In this document: positions 26,494-37,182 of the stretch, one piece after another
Layout: each line of letters begins with the position of its first letter
Numbering within the stretch: position 1 is the stretch's first letter
Translations under genes and position numbers: made by a program
DNA from: Candidatus Bathyarchaeota archaeon
Lineage (GTDB): Archaea; Thermoproteota; Bathyarchaeia; Bathyarchaeales; Bathyarchaeaceae
Length of the DNA stretch: 64,000 bases
Assembly (NCBI GenBank): GCA_963772765.1
Contig: CAVYYP010000013.1
Coordinates: 560,308-624,307 of the forward strand
Direction of reading: 5' to 3'
Notes under the pieces: generated by a model
What the model was told of the DNA's origin: nothing
Databases searched by the model: none
Seen by the model: the letters and a program-made list of their open reading frames with translations, nothing else

Positions 26494-27471
26494 CTAGTAT
26501 TTTCCTGAGCTTATTAACTTTTTCAGTCCTTCTCTAAATGTTACCTGAGGTGTCCACTGTAGTATCTTCATCGCTTTCCTGTTGTCTGCCAATGTGATGT
26601 CCATGTCACCTGCCCATGCCTGACCGCCCTTGAACGAGATTTCAGTGTTCTTCAGTTCCATAAGCTCGATCAGCATCTTTGCGACTTCGGCTACAGATGT
26701 TGTTGTTCCAGTGCCAATATTGAATACCTGACCTGCAGCTTCTGGAGTAATTGCGGCTCTTAGCAGAGCATCTACCATGTCTGTGATATAAACAAAGTCT
26801 CTTGATTGCTTTCCTGTGCCTAAAACTTCCAGCTTGGCTGGGTTTTTCTGTAGTTTTTTGATGAAATCGTAGATTGCTCCATGACAGTTTGGACCATATA
26901 CATTGAATATTCTGAACCTAACAATTTCTGAATTGTAGGTTTCTTGATAGAATTCACAGTATTCTTCGCCAAGAAGCTTTGTCAACCCGTAAAATGCGAT
27001 TGGATGTGTTGGTTGGGTTTCAGGTGTTGGTCTTTTTTCTGGATTGCCATAAACTGCGCATGAGGATGAAAAGACAACTCTTGCGCCTGCTTTTCTTGCA
27101 GCTTCAAGAACATTCAAGGTTCCGACAACGTTGATTTCGCAGTCTTCTTTTGGGTTTTCCATAGAGAATGGAACACTTGTTTGGGCTGCAAGATGAAAAA
27201 TGTATTTGCAATCTTTTGTTGCTTCTTCTATTTCGGTTGGATATCTGATGTCTCCTTTAACAAAGTTTAAACCTTTATCGAGTAGTTCGTTTATGAACTT
27301 CATTTTTCCTGAATACAAGTTATCAAATACTGTTACTTTGGCGCCAAGCTCCAGCAACTTTCTGCAAAGATTAGAGCCTATGAATCCAGCGCCGCCAGTA
27401 ACAACAACTTTTTGTCCATTGAATCTTTTCAAGTCAATACCCCAGTTAATGGTGGAATCTAATTGAAACAC
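26494..27471 (-). CDS. NAD-dependent sugar-nucleotide epimerase/dehydratase (extended SDR, UXS/GalE-like)
   Basis: VVVTGGAGFIGSNL Rossmann motif, catalytic YGLTK, 325 aa. The stop lies 11 nt upstream of the UbiA start. Confidence 0.85.
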   Translation of the reverse strand: MFQLDSTINWGIDLKRFNGQKVVVTGGAGFIGSNLCRKLLELGAKVTVFDNLYSGKMKFINELLDKGLNFVKGDIRYPTEIEEATKDCKYIFHLAAQTSVPFSMENPKEDCEINVVGTLNVLEAARKAGARVVFSSSCAVYGNPEKRPTPETQPTHPIAFYGLTKLLGEEYCEFYQETYNSEIVRFRIFNVYGPNCHGAIYDFIKKLQKNPAKLEVLGTGKQSRDFVYITDMVDALLRAAITPEAAGQVFNIGTGTTTSVAEVAKMLIELMELKNTEISFKGGQAWAGDMDITLADNRKAMKILQWTPQVTFREGLKKLISSGKY

Positions 27472-27793
27472 TCATCAGTTAATTACCCAATTTTTTTGGA
27501 AGAATCAACTTTTGAGGGATGTCTCAAGTTCCACTTTGCCTTAAAAACTCTTCGTGAGCATAAAAGGGTATTGGAAATATTCTAAACTGACCTATTAACA
27601 TTCTAAGTCAAGACAACAAAAACAACATAAGTTATGTCTAATATTCTCTTATTTTTCGCTCATGAAAATTGACAAATTAATCTTTTTCACGTTTAAACAT
27701 TTATTTTTTTCCATTTTTTGTTGTAAGTGGGAGTATTACATACAATACTTTTTAAAAACAAAAATATTAACCCTGAATCTCAGTGAGAAAGAA

Positions 27794-30538
27794 ATGAAAA
27801 AAAATAATTTGAAAATTGAATTGACTACCATTGTCACTATTGCTCTTCTGATGACTACTATTTCTGTTCTAGTAATTTCAGTAAATGCGCAAGACCTTCC
27901 TGAAGAAATCGTCATTGGTCCTGCTCCTGCAGGCGTCACCGAAGATATGATGGTTCCTACAGAAATCATTCTGATGATTAGACCAAACCCAATTGGTCTC
28001 AACCAAGAATTCTTAGCTAACATCTGGACAGTACGCGCTCCAGGTTCACAAAGGGCATTCCTAGGGTATGAAATTACAATAACCAAACCCTCAGGCGCCA
28101 CAACAAGCTTCACAATGGACTCCTTCGTTGCAGACGGAACTGCATGGTTCCCATGGATAGCAGACGAAGTAGGCGACTGGCAAATACAGGTGAAGTTCCC
28201 AGGAAACTGGTTACCCGCAGGATTCTACGTTGATGGAGAAAGAGTGAACGCCTCAGGAACCTCAGGGTTCTTTGGATCCGGCGGCACACAATACAATGAA
28301 GGCGTTTATGTTGAACCATCCGAGAGCCCAGTAATAACATTGACTGTACAACAAGATTTTGTACCAATATGGCCAGAATCTGAACTACCAACTGACTACT
28401 GGACACGACCTGTTGCATCTGAAAACAGAGAATGGTGGCCAATCACTGGAGACTTTCCATGGTTCGGAACCGGAGAAAGCGCACTATGGGATCAATATTA
28501 CCCCAACACAAACGCATACCCAGCAACCGTTGGAAGCACAAGCGACTATGCATTTACTCCATGGGTTGAAGGACCAGACACAGGACACATCGTATGGAAA
28601 CGAATGGACCAAATAGGCGGAATCATTGGCGGTAGCCAAGCTATAGGCTCAGACATCTACTGGGATCCAGTATGGCTGGACAGACCAACCGTGATTCTAA
28701 TGGGCAGATGCTACCAAGCAGTAACAAAGACAAGTCAGGATGGACCTGAAGCTTCGTCATACTGGCAATGCTATGACATTCGAACAGGAGAAGTATACTG
28801 GGAAAGACCGCTCTATCCAGGAGAAGTAGAACCAAGATTCATCGAATATGCAGCATCACCTTACTCGCTTAGCCTTGGCGGACGAGGCATTACAGGTATT
28901 GTACCGAAATTGAGTAAGCCAAGTCTGATGAGCATAAGCGGAGGCAGAATCATGAAATATGATCCAGTGGACGGCTCAATGATTCTAAACCAATCCATAG
29001 CTCCCATGACCGGCAGCGGAGGCACATACTACATGAACGGCTATGTGCTCGGCGTGCAGAATCTTGGCGGCGGCGAATATCGTTTGATTAACTGGACAAC
29101 AATAGGATCAGCTTCCAACTTTGAAGACCGAGTGATAAGCAACACAACATATGCACGAAGCAGCCTACCCAGTCGCATTGATTGGGAAACAGGCATAGGT
29201 GCTGTCGTGAGCGATGTTGAAAGAGGCGGAATTCGTTGGGGACAAAGAATGGTCGCATACGACCTGACAACAGGTCAAGAGCTATGGGACAAAACAGTTG
29301 AAGCACCTCAATTCAGCGGCTCTGCAGTTCTAGCAGACCACGGAAAACTTCTCATCGGCTCAATGTATGGACACTTCGAAGCATACGACCTTCACACAGG
29401 AGACTTTGTGTGGAAGACAGAAACAATGGATTATCCATGGGACATTACCGGCTGGGGATCATACGGCATGATCTCTGCATATGGAAATTTCTATTGGGGA
29501 GCACCATCAAGCTACTATGCCTTCAGCTGGGAAACTGGAGAAACAGTCTGGCAATTCCAGATACCTGCTGAATTCCCATTCGAAACCGCATACGGCACAG
29601 GAACCGATGCTGAAAACAGCGAAACAGTGTACCCATTCCACGCACCAGGAATTTGTGCTGATGGAAAAATATTCGTCTACTCGCTACAGCACTCACCTGA
29701 ACCACCTTACTTCAGAGGTCAACCAATGCTAGCCATAGACGCATATACGGGAGACCTTGTCTGGAAGCTAGGCGGATTCACTGGATGTGGACAACACACC
29801 CGCGCTGGCGTAATGATAACAGTAGCCGACGGATACCTGACACTTGGATGCAGAGATGGATACATGTATGTTATCGGCAAAGGCAAGAGCGAAACAACAG
29901 TAACAGCACCTGACGTAGCAGTACCGAAAGGAACTGCAATGACAATCAAAGGCACAGTACTTGACCTGTCACCTGCACAGCCAGGAGCAGCATGTGTTTC
30001 AGCAGACTCGATAGAGGTCCAGATGCAGTACATACACCTTCAGATGCCAATTGACGGAATCCACCACAACGTTACCTTGACTGGCGTTCCAGTAGCATTG
30101 TGTGCAATAGCCGAAGACGGCACCTACATTGACATTGGCACAGTCACATCAGACGGATACACAGGCGCTTTCGGAGCATCATGGACACCAACAGCAGAAG
30201 GCACATACAAGATCGTTGCATCCTTTGCTGGAGACGACTCATACGGCAGTTCGGACGCAGCAACTTATGTAACAGTTGGTCCAGCCGCAGCAGCAGGCGG
30301 AACAATACAACCTGAACCTCAAGAACCAAGCACAGGCGGAACAACAACACCTACAGAGCCAACACCAGAAGAACCAACCCCAGAACAGCCAACACCTGAA
30401 CAACCAACACCAGAAGAACCAGAACCAACAGTGCCAGAACACCCACTGATCAGCGCAGAACTTGCAATCGTTATCGCAGTTGTAGCTGCATGCATCATTG
30501 GTGCAGTAGCCTACGTCGCACTAAGACGACGCAAATAA
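27794..30538 (+). CDS. Large secreted PQQ-like beta-propeller protein with PT/PE-rich stalk and C-terminal TM anchor
   Basis: Signal peptide from ATG 27794 (MKKNNLKIELTTIVTIALLMTTISVLVISVNAQ). Repeated D..TG...W motifs (YDIRTGEVYWE, YDLTTGQELWD, YDLHTGDFVWK, SWETGETVWQ, DAYTGDLVWK). C-terminus: TPTEPTPEEPTPEQPTPEQPTPEEPEP, then a helix, then RRRK. Confidence 0.75.
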   Translation: MKKNNLKIELTTIVTIALLMTTISVLVISVNAQDLPEEIVIGPAPAGVTEDMMVPTEIILMIRPNPIGLNQEFLANIWTVRAPGSQRAFLGYEITITKPSGATTSFTMDSFVADGTAWFPWIADEVGDWQIQVKFPGNWLPAGFYVDGERVNASGTSGFFGSGGTQYNEGVYVEPSESPVITLTVQQDFVPIWPESELPTDYWTRPVASENREWWPITGDFPWFGTGESALWDQYYPNTNAYPATVGSTSDYAFTPWVEGPDTGHIVWKRMDQIGGIIGGSQAIGSDIYWDPVWLDRPTVILMGRCYQAVTKTSQDGPEASSYWQCYDIRTGEVYWERPLYPGEVEPRFIEYAASPYSLSLGGRGITGIVPKLSKPSLMSISGGRIMKYDPVDGSMILNQSIAPMTGSGGTYYMNGYVLGVQNLGGGEYRLINWTTIGSASNFEDRVISNTTYARSSLPSRIDWETGIGAVVSDVERGGIRWGQRMVAYDLTTGQELWDKTVEAPQFSGSAVLADHGKLLIGSMYGHFEAYDLHTGDFVWKTETMDYPWDITGWGSYGMISAYGNFYWGAPSSYYAFSWETGETVWQFQIPAEFPFETAYGTGTDAENSETVYPFHAPGICADGKIFVYSLQHSPEPPYFRGQPMLAIDAYTGDLVWKLGGFTGCGQHTRAGVMITVADGYLTLGCRDGYMYVIGKGKSETTVTAPDVAVPKGTAMTIKGTVLDLSPAQPGAACVSADSIEVQMQYIHLQMPIDGIHHNVTLTGVPVALCAIAEDGTYIDIGTVTSDGYTGAFGASWTPTAEGTYKIVASFAGDDSYGSSDAATYVTVGPAAAAGGTIQPEPQEPSTGGTTTPTEPTPEEPTPEQPTPEQPTPEEPEPTVPEHPLISAELAIVIAVVAACIIGAVAYVALRRRK
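30356..30430 (+). repeat. In-frame 15-nt tandem repeat encoding the (P-T-P-E-E/Q)n stalk
   Basis: ccaacaccagaagaa / ccaaccccagaacag / ccaacacctgaacaa / ccaacaccagaagaa, then ccagaaccaaca. Confidence 0.6.
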
Positions 30539-30855
30539 ACAGAGGAATATTTTCCTCCCATTTTTTTGGGAAACAAACGTGGAGAAGGGGCTGAAAAAAC
30601 ATGAATTCGGGAGTATTGCATTGTTATCCCCCACCAATTGGATACCTGTGCACATCAACAACTTCCATCATTCAAGTTTCAGCCTCCCCTTGCTCCAGAA
30701 AACGTTTTGTAGAATGGACTGAGAAACACAGAGGTAAGAAAAAATGAAGTTTGTCAATTCTTCATTTGTCTTTCTCCTTTAACAATTACCTTATGTGTTC
30801 AGTAAACCATTCTACTAAAATAGAATCGAACTTGGATTCGTTTACAATCTTTTGT

Positions 30856-31383
30856 CTACTGTTGGATGGCGTCTACTGAAAGGTTAACCCAATTCCCAGT
30901 GTATTGGTCCATTCCAGAAGTTGCATTCATATACCACAGTTCAAAGATTATCCTGTTGGTGCCAGCTTTTTCGATGTTTATTGTTACTGGGAACTCCCAT
31001 TGGTCTCCATTGTTCAGAGTATTCTCAAAGGTTTCCACGGGCTCTGCTAAGCTAGGGTTTATTGGCTCTTTTCCATCATCTATCTTTAGTTTCACAATAT
31101 AGTCTATTGGTGTCTTAGTGCCGTTCTGGTTTTCCACTCCAAGCCATAGTGAGAATGTGCTGTTCTCTCCTAAGATGACTGTTTTTGGAAGGTTAGTTGT
31201 CTGTTTTTCTGAATCCAAATAATAAATTCCAGAGAACGGTTCAGTCTCTATTGGCGTGAAAAAGGTCAACTTCACTAAAAGGGCAGCAAAAACTATCAGT
31301 GCTATCAGAATGGTAACGATTATGGTTTTTTCTTCATTGTTCGAAAACGTTTTTTTCTGGGTTCTTCTGATTTTCTTTTCCAT
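30856..31383 (-). CDS. Small N-terminally anchored extracytoplasmic protein, unknown function
   Basis: 175 aa from ATG 31383 (MEKKIRRTQKK... then helix IIVTILIALIVFAALLV). It lies directly downstream of two glycosyltransferase genes on the same strand. Confidence 0.5.
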   Translation of the reverse strand: MEKKIRRTQKKTFSNNEEKTIIVTILIALIVFAALLVKLTFFTPIETEPFSGIYYLDSEKQTTNLPKTVILGENSTFSLWLGVENQNGTKTPIDYIVKLKIDDGKEPINPSLAEPVETFENTLNNGDQWEFPVTINIEKAGTNRIIFELWYMNATSGMDQYTGNWVNLSVDAIQQ

Positions 31384-31463
31384 AACACTTTGTATCTTTA
31401 TTGTCTCGTGGAAGATGTGAACCCGCCCGTTCATGTCATACGCCTCTACTGAGTAGCATTACA

Positions 31464-32150
31464 TTACGCTTGTCCCAATAAAAGAATTCTGAGAATCTCC
31501 CATCCCGCCTTAAGCCTATTCATCTTGGTTTGGCTCTCTTCATCGCGTGGACGATAAACTGATGGAAACTCTGTAATCCTAAAACCCTTCTTGGCAGCTT
31601 CGGTTAGAAAAACAGTTGCAAGACCCATACCATCAGAATACAAATCTAAACAATCAATCGCATTCTTCTTCATTGCCCGAAATCCAGTCTGAGTGTCACT
31701 GACATTTTGGCGATAAAGCACATTATACATTGAGGTAAACATACGGTTTCCAAACAAATTCATTCCAGGCATAGACCCGGGCAGGAGCTTTCCTCCAAGC
31801 CTTGAAGCCAAACACACGTCTGCTTCATCTTTTAGTAACGGCTGAACAACCCTGTTTATGTCACTTGCATCATATGTGTCGTCAGCGTCGATTATGACTA
31901 CGATGTCGCCTTTTGCATGGTCTATCCCTGTTTTTATTGCCCGTCCATATCCTACTCTTTTTTCGGTTACAAATTGGGCGTTTTCTTCTTTGGCTATTTC
32001 TTCGGTTCCATCGTTCGAGTAGCCGTCAACAACAATAATTTCTGTGTTGTAGCTCGAAGAATTCTTCAGGTCTCGTATAACTTTGCGAATAGTTCTGCCT
32101 TCCTTAAAGGCGGGTATGACTATGGAAACAACAGGATCTTTTTCTGACAA
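31464..32150 (-). CDS. Family 2 glycosyltransferase, polyprenyl-phosphate sugar synthase-like
   Basis: VSIVIPAFKEGRTI, VVDGYSNDGT, IDADDTY. 228 aa. Confidence 0.8.
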   Translation of the reverse strand: MSEKDPVVSIVIPAFKEGRTIRKVIRDLKNSSSYNTEIIVVDGYSNDGTEEIAKEENAQFVTEKRVGYGRAIKTGIDHAKGDIVVIIDADDTYDASDINRVVQPLLKDEADVCLASRLGGKLLPGSMPGMNLFGNRMFTSMYNVLYRQNVSDTQTGFRAMKKNAIDCLDLYSDGMGLATVFLTEAAKKGFRITEFPSVYRPRDEESQTKMNRLKAGWEILRILLLGQA

Positions 32151-32208
32151 AGGCGGCAGCTCTGATATTTTTCAATTTACTTGCATGAGTTGAGTATCTC
32201 TATATAAA

Positions 32209-33375
32209 TTAGTTTCTGTACCGCAAGAATTCGCTGTAAACTGCCTTGAGTTGGCGAACATTTTCTTCCCAGCTAAAGCTTTCTCTGATTTTCTTTGTTG
32301 CTTTCTCACCAATTGTCGTTGTTAGTTCATCGTTTTCAAGCAAATTTGACAGTGCCTGTGCCATTGCCTCTGGGTCTCTTGGCGGTATAAGAACACCGTT
32401 TTTCATGTTGTCGACTATTTCTGGGATTCCTCCGACTGTTGTCGCTATTACTGGAAGTCCACATGACATTGCTTCAAAAAGAACCAGCGGCAGTCCCTCT
32501 CCAGATGCAGAAGGGAGAATGAAGTAGTCGGCAGCATTGTAGTACACGGGCAGTAGCTCGTCGGGAACGAATCCTGTTAGTTTGATGTTATTTTCTATTC
32601 CTAGTTCTTTTATTCTGTTTTCGATGAGTCCTTTGCTTGGTCCTTTTCCTGCAACAACAAAAAGAATATCTGGATAATCTTTTGAGACAAGCTTTGCTGA
32701 GTCTATCAGTGTGCCTATTCCGTTCTTGTAGACGAGTCTTCGTACGCTAAATACTATTTTTCTATCTTCGGGTAGGTCCAGTTTTTTTCTGCTTTCAGTC
32801 TTGTGTATGGAACAAAAACAGTTTGTGTCTACGCCATTATACATTACCGATGTTGTTTCTTTGTCAGCGCCCAGTCTTAGAACATATTTCAGGGTTTCTT
32901 TGCTGACTGTCAGGGTGCGGTCTGCATCTTTCAGAACAGTTTTTCCGATGAGTTCATCATTCAAGTTTTCTAGCATGTTCAGCCCTGATTTGTAGTCTAT
33001 CCAAGTGTTATGCTGAGTTACAATGAACGGTTTATTGTACTTCTTGGCAAGCTTCCCTGCCAAGCATGATGACATGTAAACGTGACCATGCGCATGAACA
33101 ATATCGCACTTTCTTATTAGGTCAGAAAACTGCTTGAATGCTCCTACTGTGAGAATGGGATATGGGACACCGAATCGTTCAGCAATTTTTAGGCTTGAAT
33201 ATGGAAAAACTCTGATTCCTTTTTTTGGGTTCCTGTTTTGTCCTTCTATTTTGCTTGTCAAAACGTCTATTTCGTAGCCTGATTCTGCCAATCGCTTGCT
33301 TTGTTCATATGATACCTTTTCTATACCACCCATGTGCGGCGGAAAAAAGTGCGTAACGAGGCATATTCTAGGCAT
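32209..33375 (-). CDS. Family 4 glycosyltransferase
   Basis: ICLVTHFFPPHMGGIE N-terminus. C-terminal EGLPLVLFEAMSCGLPVIATTVGGIPE. Confidence 0.8.
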   Translation of the reverse strand: MPRICLVTHFFPPHMGGIEKVSYEQSKRLAESGYEIDVLTSKIEGQNRNPKKGIRVFPYSSLKIAERFGVPYPILTVGAFKQFSDLIRKCDIVHAHGHVYMSSCLAGKLAKKYNKPFIVTQHNTWIDYKSGLNMLENLNDELIGKTVLKDADRTLTVSKETLKYVLRLGADKETTSVMYNGVDTNCFCSIHKTESRKKLDLPEDRKIVFSVRRLVYKNGIGTLIDSAKLVSKDYPDILFVVAGKGPSKGLIENRIKELGIENNIKLTGFVPDELLPVYYNAADYFILPSASGEGLPLVLFEAMSCGLPVIATTVGGIPEIVDNMKNGVLIPPRDPEAMAQALSNLLENDELTTTIGEKATKKIRESFSWEENVRQLKAVYSEFLRYRN

Positions 33376-33504
33376 AGGTGCACGGTAGATGCCTGCAAAT
33401 TTAACTATTTCGCACTAATCCGCCTGACTACGTAGGAAGTTGTCTTGTTGGTTGTATTCATTGCAAAACATCTAAATTCTACAGACAAAATTAACGTAAC
33501 AGAG

Positions 33505-34971
33505 ATGTCAGCCCAAAAACAACAAAGCGCAGTTCGCATCGGCTTGGAAGTTCATGCTCAACTTACCAGTCTAGAAACTAAACTCTTCTGCGGCTGCTCA
33601 TCTGACTACAAAGGCAAAGACCCAAACTTTCTCGTCTGCCCAGTCTGTCTCGGACTGCCCGGGTCACTCCCCGTTCTCAACGAGAAATCAGTAGAATATG
33701 CCGTTATGGCTGCCTTGGCTCTGAACTGCAAAATTTCAGAACGAATGTTCTTTTTCAGAAAGAACTACTACTATCCTGATCTGCCCAAAAACTTCCAGAT
33801 TTCCCAGTATGACAAAGCTGGGGGAGTTCCGCTTGCTGTGGACGGGCATCTATGTATTGATGTTGACAACACTGAAAAGAAAATCAGAATCGGCAGGGCT
33901 CACCTAGAAGAAGACCCAGGACGGCTGGTTCATCAGGGCGCCATAGACACTTCACCTTACACTCTGGTTGACTATAACCGTTCAGGAATCACGCTGCTTG
34001 AGATTGTTACAGAGCCAGACCTTAGTTCTCCTAAAGAGGCAAGAATTTTTCTCCAGAAACTGCGTTCCATTCTTGAGCATTTGGGAATTTTTTCAGGCAA
34101 ACTAGAAGGGTCAATGCGTTGTGACGCAAACATTTCTCTTATTGGCGGAACAAGAGTAGAAGTAAAGAACATTTCATCCTTCAAAGAAGTAGAGCGAGCA
34201 TTGGGCTTTGAGATTATGCGCCAAAAAAATCTGGTCAAGAAGGGCATGTCTGTTCAGCTAGAAACACGGCACTGGGATGAAACCCGCAGAGTCACAATCT
34301 CTTTGCGTACAAAAGAGGAAGAACACGATTACAGGTATTTCCCTGAACCCGACCTTGTTCCAATAGTAATTTCCAAAAACTTCATAGAAACTGCAAAGGG
34401 GCAAATGCCAGAACTTCCTGAAGCCAGAATCAGCCGCTTTGTCAAAGATTACAGTTTGCCCAAATATGATGCCGAAGTTTTGGTCAGTGACAAAGCTTTA
34501 GCAGACTTTTTTGAAGAAGCCGTAAAACTATACGACAATCCAAAAGAAATCAGCAACTGGATGATGGGAGACCTTCTGCGCAACCTTAACGAAAACAATT
34601 TTGAACTCCAAGAATGCAAGATCACTCCCAACAGCTTGGTTGAAATGATAAAACTGATTGAAGATGGCACGATAAGTGGCAAGATTGGAAAACGTGTTCT
34701 GCCAGAAATTGTTCAAACAGGCAAACGTCCGTCCCAGATTATCAAAGAAAAAGGCTTAGTGAAGATTTCTTCCCGAAAAGAACTTCAAGAAATCATAGAG
34801 AACGTTTTCGCTCAGTATCCGAAGTGTGTAACGGATGCACTCAGTGACGAAGGTGCAGTTCATTTTCTTGTAGGCCAGCTTATGCGCGCAACAAAAGGCA
34901 AGGCTGATCCACAGCTAGCAAACCAGCTTATACATGAAAAACTGAAAACCGTAAAAACTGAAAAGTCCTAG
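33505..34971 (+). CDS. gatB: Asp/Glu-tRNA amidotransferase subunit B
   Basis: IGLEVHAQL, CPVCLGLPGSLPVLN, NRSGITLLEIVTEPD, and a C-terminal YqeY-like tail. ATG 33505 preferred over the upstream track start. Confidence 0.9.
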   Translation: MSAQKQQSAVRIGLEVHAQLTSLETKLFCGCSSDYKGKDPNFLVCPVCLGLPGSLPVLNEKSVEYAVMAALALNCKISERMFFFRKNYYYPDLPKNFQISQYDKAGGVPLAVDGHLCIDVDNTEKKIRIGRAHLEEDPGRLVHQGAIDTSPYTLVDYNRSGITLLEIVTEPDLSSPKEARIFLQKLRSILEHLGIFSGKLEGSMRCDANISLIGGTRVEVKNISSFKEVERALGFEIMRQKNLVKKGMSVQLETRHWDETRRVTISLRTKEEEHDYRYFPEPDLVPIVISKNFIETAKGQMPELPEARISRFVKDYSLPKYDAEVLVSDKALADFFEEAVKLYDNPKEISNWMMGDLLRNLNENNFELQECKITPNSLVEMIKLIEDGTISGKIGKRVLPEIVQTGKRPSQIIKEKGLVKISSRKELQEIIENVFAQYPKCVTDALSDEGAVHFLVGQLMRATKGKADPQLANQLIHEKLKTVKTEKS

Positions 34972-35651
34972 AGTTGTTCTGTTGGTTCTTTAGTTGGGCA
35001 CTCTTTTTTGTCTGGTATGTCTTGTTTGTCTTCAAGAATGTTCATCAATGTTTTGAAGACTGCTAGTGCGATTCCTCGTTCTGCTCCAAAGCCTGTTGTT
35101 GTTCCCAGCAGGCATATGCCTTTCCATCCCCGTTTTTTTGCGAGTCCCAAGAGTAGTCCTGTTGCTCCGATTATTCTGCCTTCGCTGTAGATTTTGGCTC
35201 CTTTGTTAACGTATTTTTTGGCTAGGTTTTCGGATGTGGCGGCGATGTATACATCATCTGTGGGGTTGGCTGCAGTTAGTCCTCCCATGGTGACTATGAA
35301 TTTGGTACCGTGTTTTGCTGCAAAATTTAAGATTTCGTCGCATATGTCGTAGTGGGCTAATGTGTCTTCCATGGCTGGCTGTGAGTCACCAGTCATGATA
35401 ATGTAGTGGTTTTTTTCTGTTTTTGCTGCATAAAACCTGTAGCGGGGTGGACGGCAAGTTCCGTCCTTGTTTACCTTTACGTAATCTGGAAAATAAGGAG
35501 CATACAGTTCAGCGAAAACTTTGGCGCCAGTAGCTTCTATTAGGCTTCGTGCGGCAATCATTCCCACATTTCCTAAGCCTGAGAGTCCCTCTACAAATAT
35601 TGGATTTTTGAGTTCTGGATTGAATAGCTGACGGTAATATGGTTTATCCAT
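34968..35651 (-). CDS. PAC2-family (proteasome assembly chaperone-like) protein
   Basis: NPIFVEGLSGLGNVGMIAARSLIE is the typical PAC2 N-terminal motif. ATG 35651 avoids the 44-nt overlap with gatA that the track start at 35750 implies. Confidence 0.6.
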   Translation of the reverse strand: MDKPYYRQLFNPELKNPIFVEGLSGLGNVGMIAARSLIEATGAKVFAELYAPYFPDYVKVNKDGTCRPPRYRFYAAKTEKNHYIIMTGDSQPAMEDTLAHYDICDEILNFAAKHGTKFIVTMGGLTAANPTDDVYIAATSENLAKKYVNKGAKIYSEGRIIGATGLLLGLAKKRGWKGICLLGTTTGFGAERGIALAVFKTLMNILEDKQDIPDKKECPTKEPTEQL

Positions 35652-35706
35652 GAGTTCATCACATATGCGTCTATTATTGAGTGCTATAGTTGTTTTGAGT
35701 TCTTCA

Positions 35707-37170
35707 TTAAAGTGCTGGTTTTTTGTTTCCGTAATCCGTGTTCTGCTCAAAAGTGTAAGCAGCCTGCAACATCAAATCTTCTCTTAGGTGCGAAGCCATT
35801 ATCTGCATTCCAACTGGAAGTCCGTCAGTGAATCCGCATGGAACAGAAATAGCGGGCAGTCCTGCTAGGTTGGCTGATACAGTGTCTACATCGCTCATGT
35901 ATAGTGCCAGTGGGTCTTCTATTTTTTCGCCGATTTTGAATGCCGGAAACGGCATAGTTGGACCAACTACGATGTCAAATTTTTTGAAGGCTTCTTCAAA
36001 GTCTTTTCTGATTAGGGTTCGAATCTTTAGGGCTTTTACGTAGTATTTGTTGTAGTAGCCTGTTGACAGGGCGTATGTGCCTAGTATTATTCGCCGTCTT
36101 ACTTCTGCTCCAAATCCTTGTGTTCTGTCTTGTGCATAGACTGTTGCCCAGTCGCCCTCATCTTTTTCAACACGATAACCGTAACGCAAGCCGTCATATC
36201 TGGCAAGGTTTGAGCTTGCTTCAGACATGGCTACAATGTAGTATGTGGCAAGTGACTCTTCAAGAGTCGGAAGAGACGTCTTCTCGTAGGTTGCTCCCAG
36301 TTCTTCAAGCTTGTGAATTCCGCTCCAAATCTGCTTCTCCACAGCTTTGCTTGTTCCTCCACCAAAGAATTCCTTGGGCACACCAATCTTGAAGCCCTCA
36401 ACATCGTTTTTGAGGCACTCAGTGTAATCCTTTGATGGTGTATCAACTGATGTTGCATCTTTTGAATCATGACCTGCAAGTATTGTAAGAAACAGGGCAC
36501 AATCGTAAACATTCTTTGCCATTGGACCAATCTGTTCAAGACTGTTTGCATATGCGATTAGTCCGTAGCGGCTGACCAGCCCATATGTTGGCTTCAACCC
36601 TACAATTGAGCAGTAGCTTGCAGGGCAACGAATTGAACCTCCTGTGTCTGTCCCCAAGGCTAAGATTGCTTCGTCAGTGGCTATGCATGCGGCGCTGCCT
36701 CCTGATGATCCTCCGGGAACTCTAGTTGTGTCCCATGGGTTGTGGGTTGGACCAAAATAGCTTGTTTCTGTCGAGGAGCCCATGGCAAACTCGTCCATGT
36801 TAGTTTTTCCGATGATTATTCCGTCTTCTTTTTTGAGTCGTTTTATTACTTCCGCGTCATATGGTGGAACAAAATTTTTGAGCATTCGCGAGGAGCACGT
36901 TGTGAGAATGTCTTTTGTGCAGATTGCATCTTTGACGGCTATGGATACTCCTGCCAGTTTACCGACAGTTTTTCCTTCAGAAATTTTTTTGTCAAGCTTC
37001 TTGGCTTGGGCTATTGCTTCTTTTTCAACGAGTGTCACGTATGAGTTAATTTTGTCTTCAACTTTTTGGATTCTCTCAAAAACTGCCTGAACACACTCAA
37101 GCGCGGATGCCTCGTTGTTGACGATTTTTTGGTGTGTCTCTTGGGCTGTTAACTCATGTAGCTTTGGCAT
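35707..37170 (-). CDS. gatA: Asp/Glu-tRNA amidotransferase subunit A (amidase signature family)
   Basis: 487 aa. Amidase signature GGSSGGSAA; GTDTGGSIRCPASYC. Confidence 0.9.
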   Translation of the reverse strand: MPKLHELTAQETHQKIVNNEASALECVQAVFERIQKVEDKINSYVTLVEKEAIAQAKKLDKKISEGKTVGKLAGVSIAVKDAICTKDILTTCSSRMLKNFVPPYDAEVIKRLKKEDGIIIGKTNMDEFAMGSSTETSYFGPTHNPWDTTRVPGGSSGGSAACIATDEAILALGTDTGGSIRCPASYCSIVGLKPTYGLVSRYGLIAYANSLEQIGPMAKNVYDCALFLTILAGHDSKDATSVDTPSKDYTECLKNDVEGFKIGVPKEFFGGGTSKAVEKQIWSGIHKLEELGATYEKTSLPTLEESLATYYIVAMSEASSNLARYDGLRYGYRVEKDEGDWATVYAQDRTQGFGAEVRRRIILGTYALSTGYYNKYYVKALKIRTLIRKDFEEAFKKFDIVVGPTMPFPAFKIGEKIEDPLALYMSDVDTVSANLAGLPAISVPCGFTDGLPVGMQIMASHLREDLMLQAAYTFEQNTDYGNKKPAL

Positions 37171-37182
37171 CTTGTCTGTTTC

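Noticed and set aside
30239-30442. W/C/F-rich 67-aa minus-strand ORF.
   Set aside because: It is the antisense reading of the in-frame PT/PE tandem repeat of the propeller protein. The composition is implausible for a real protein.
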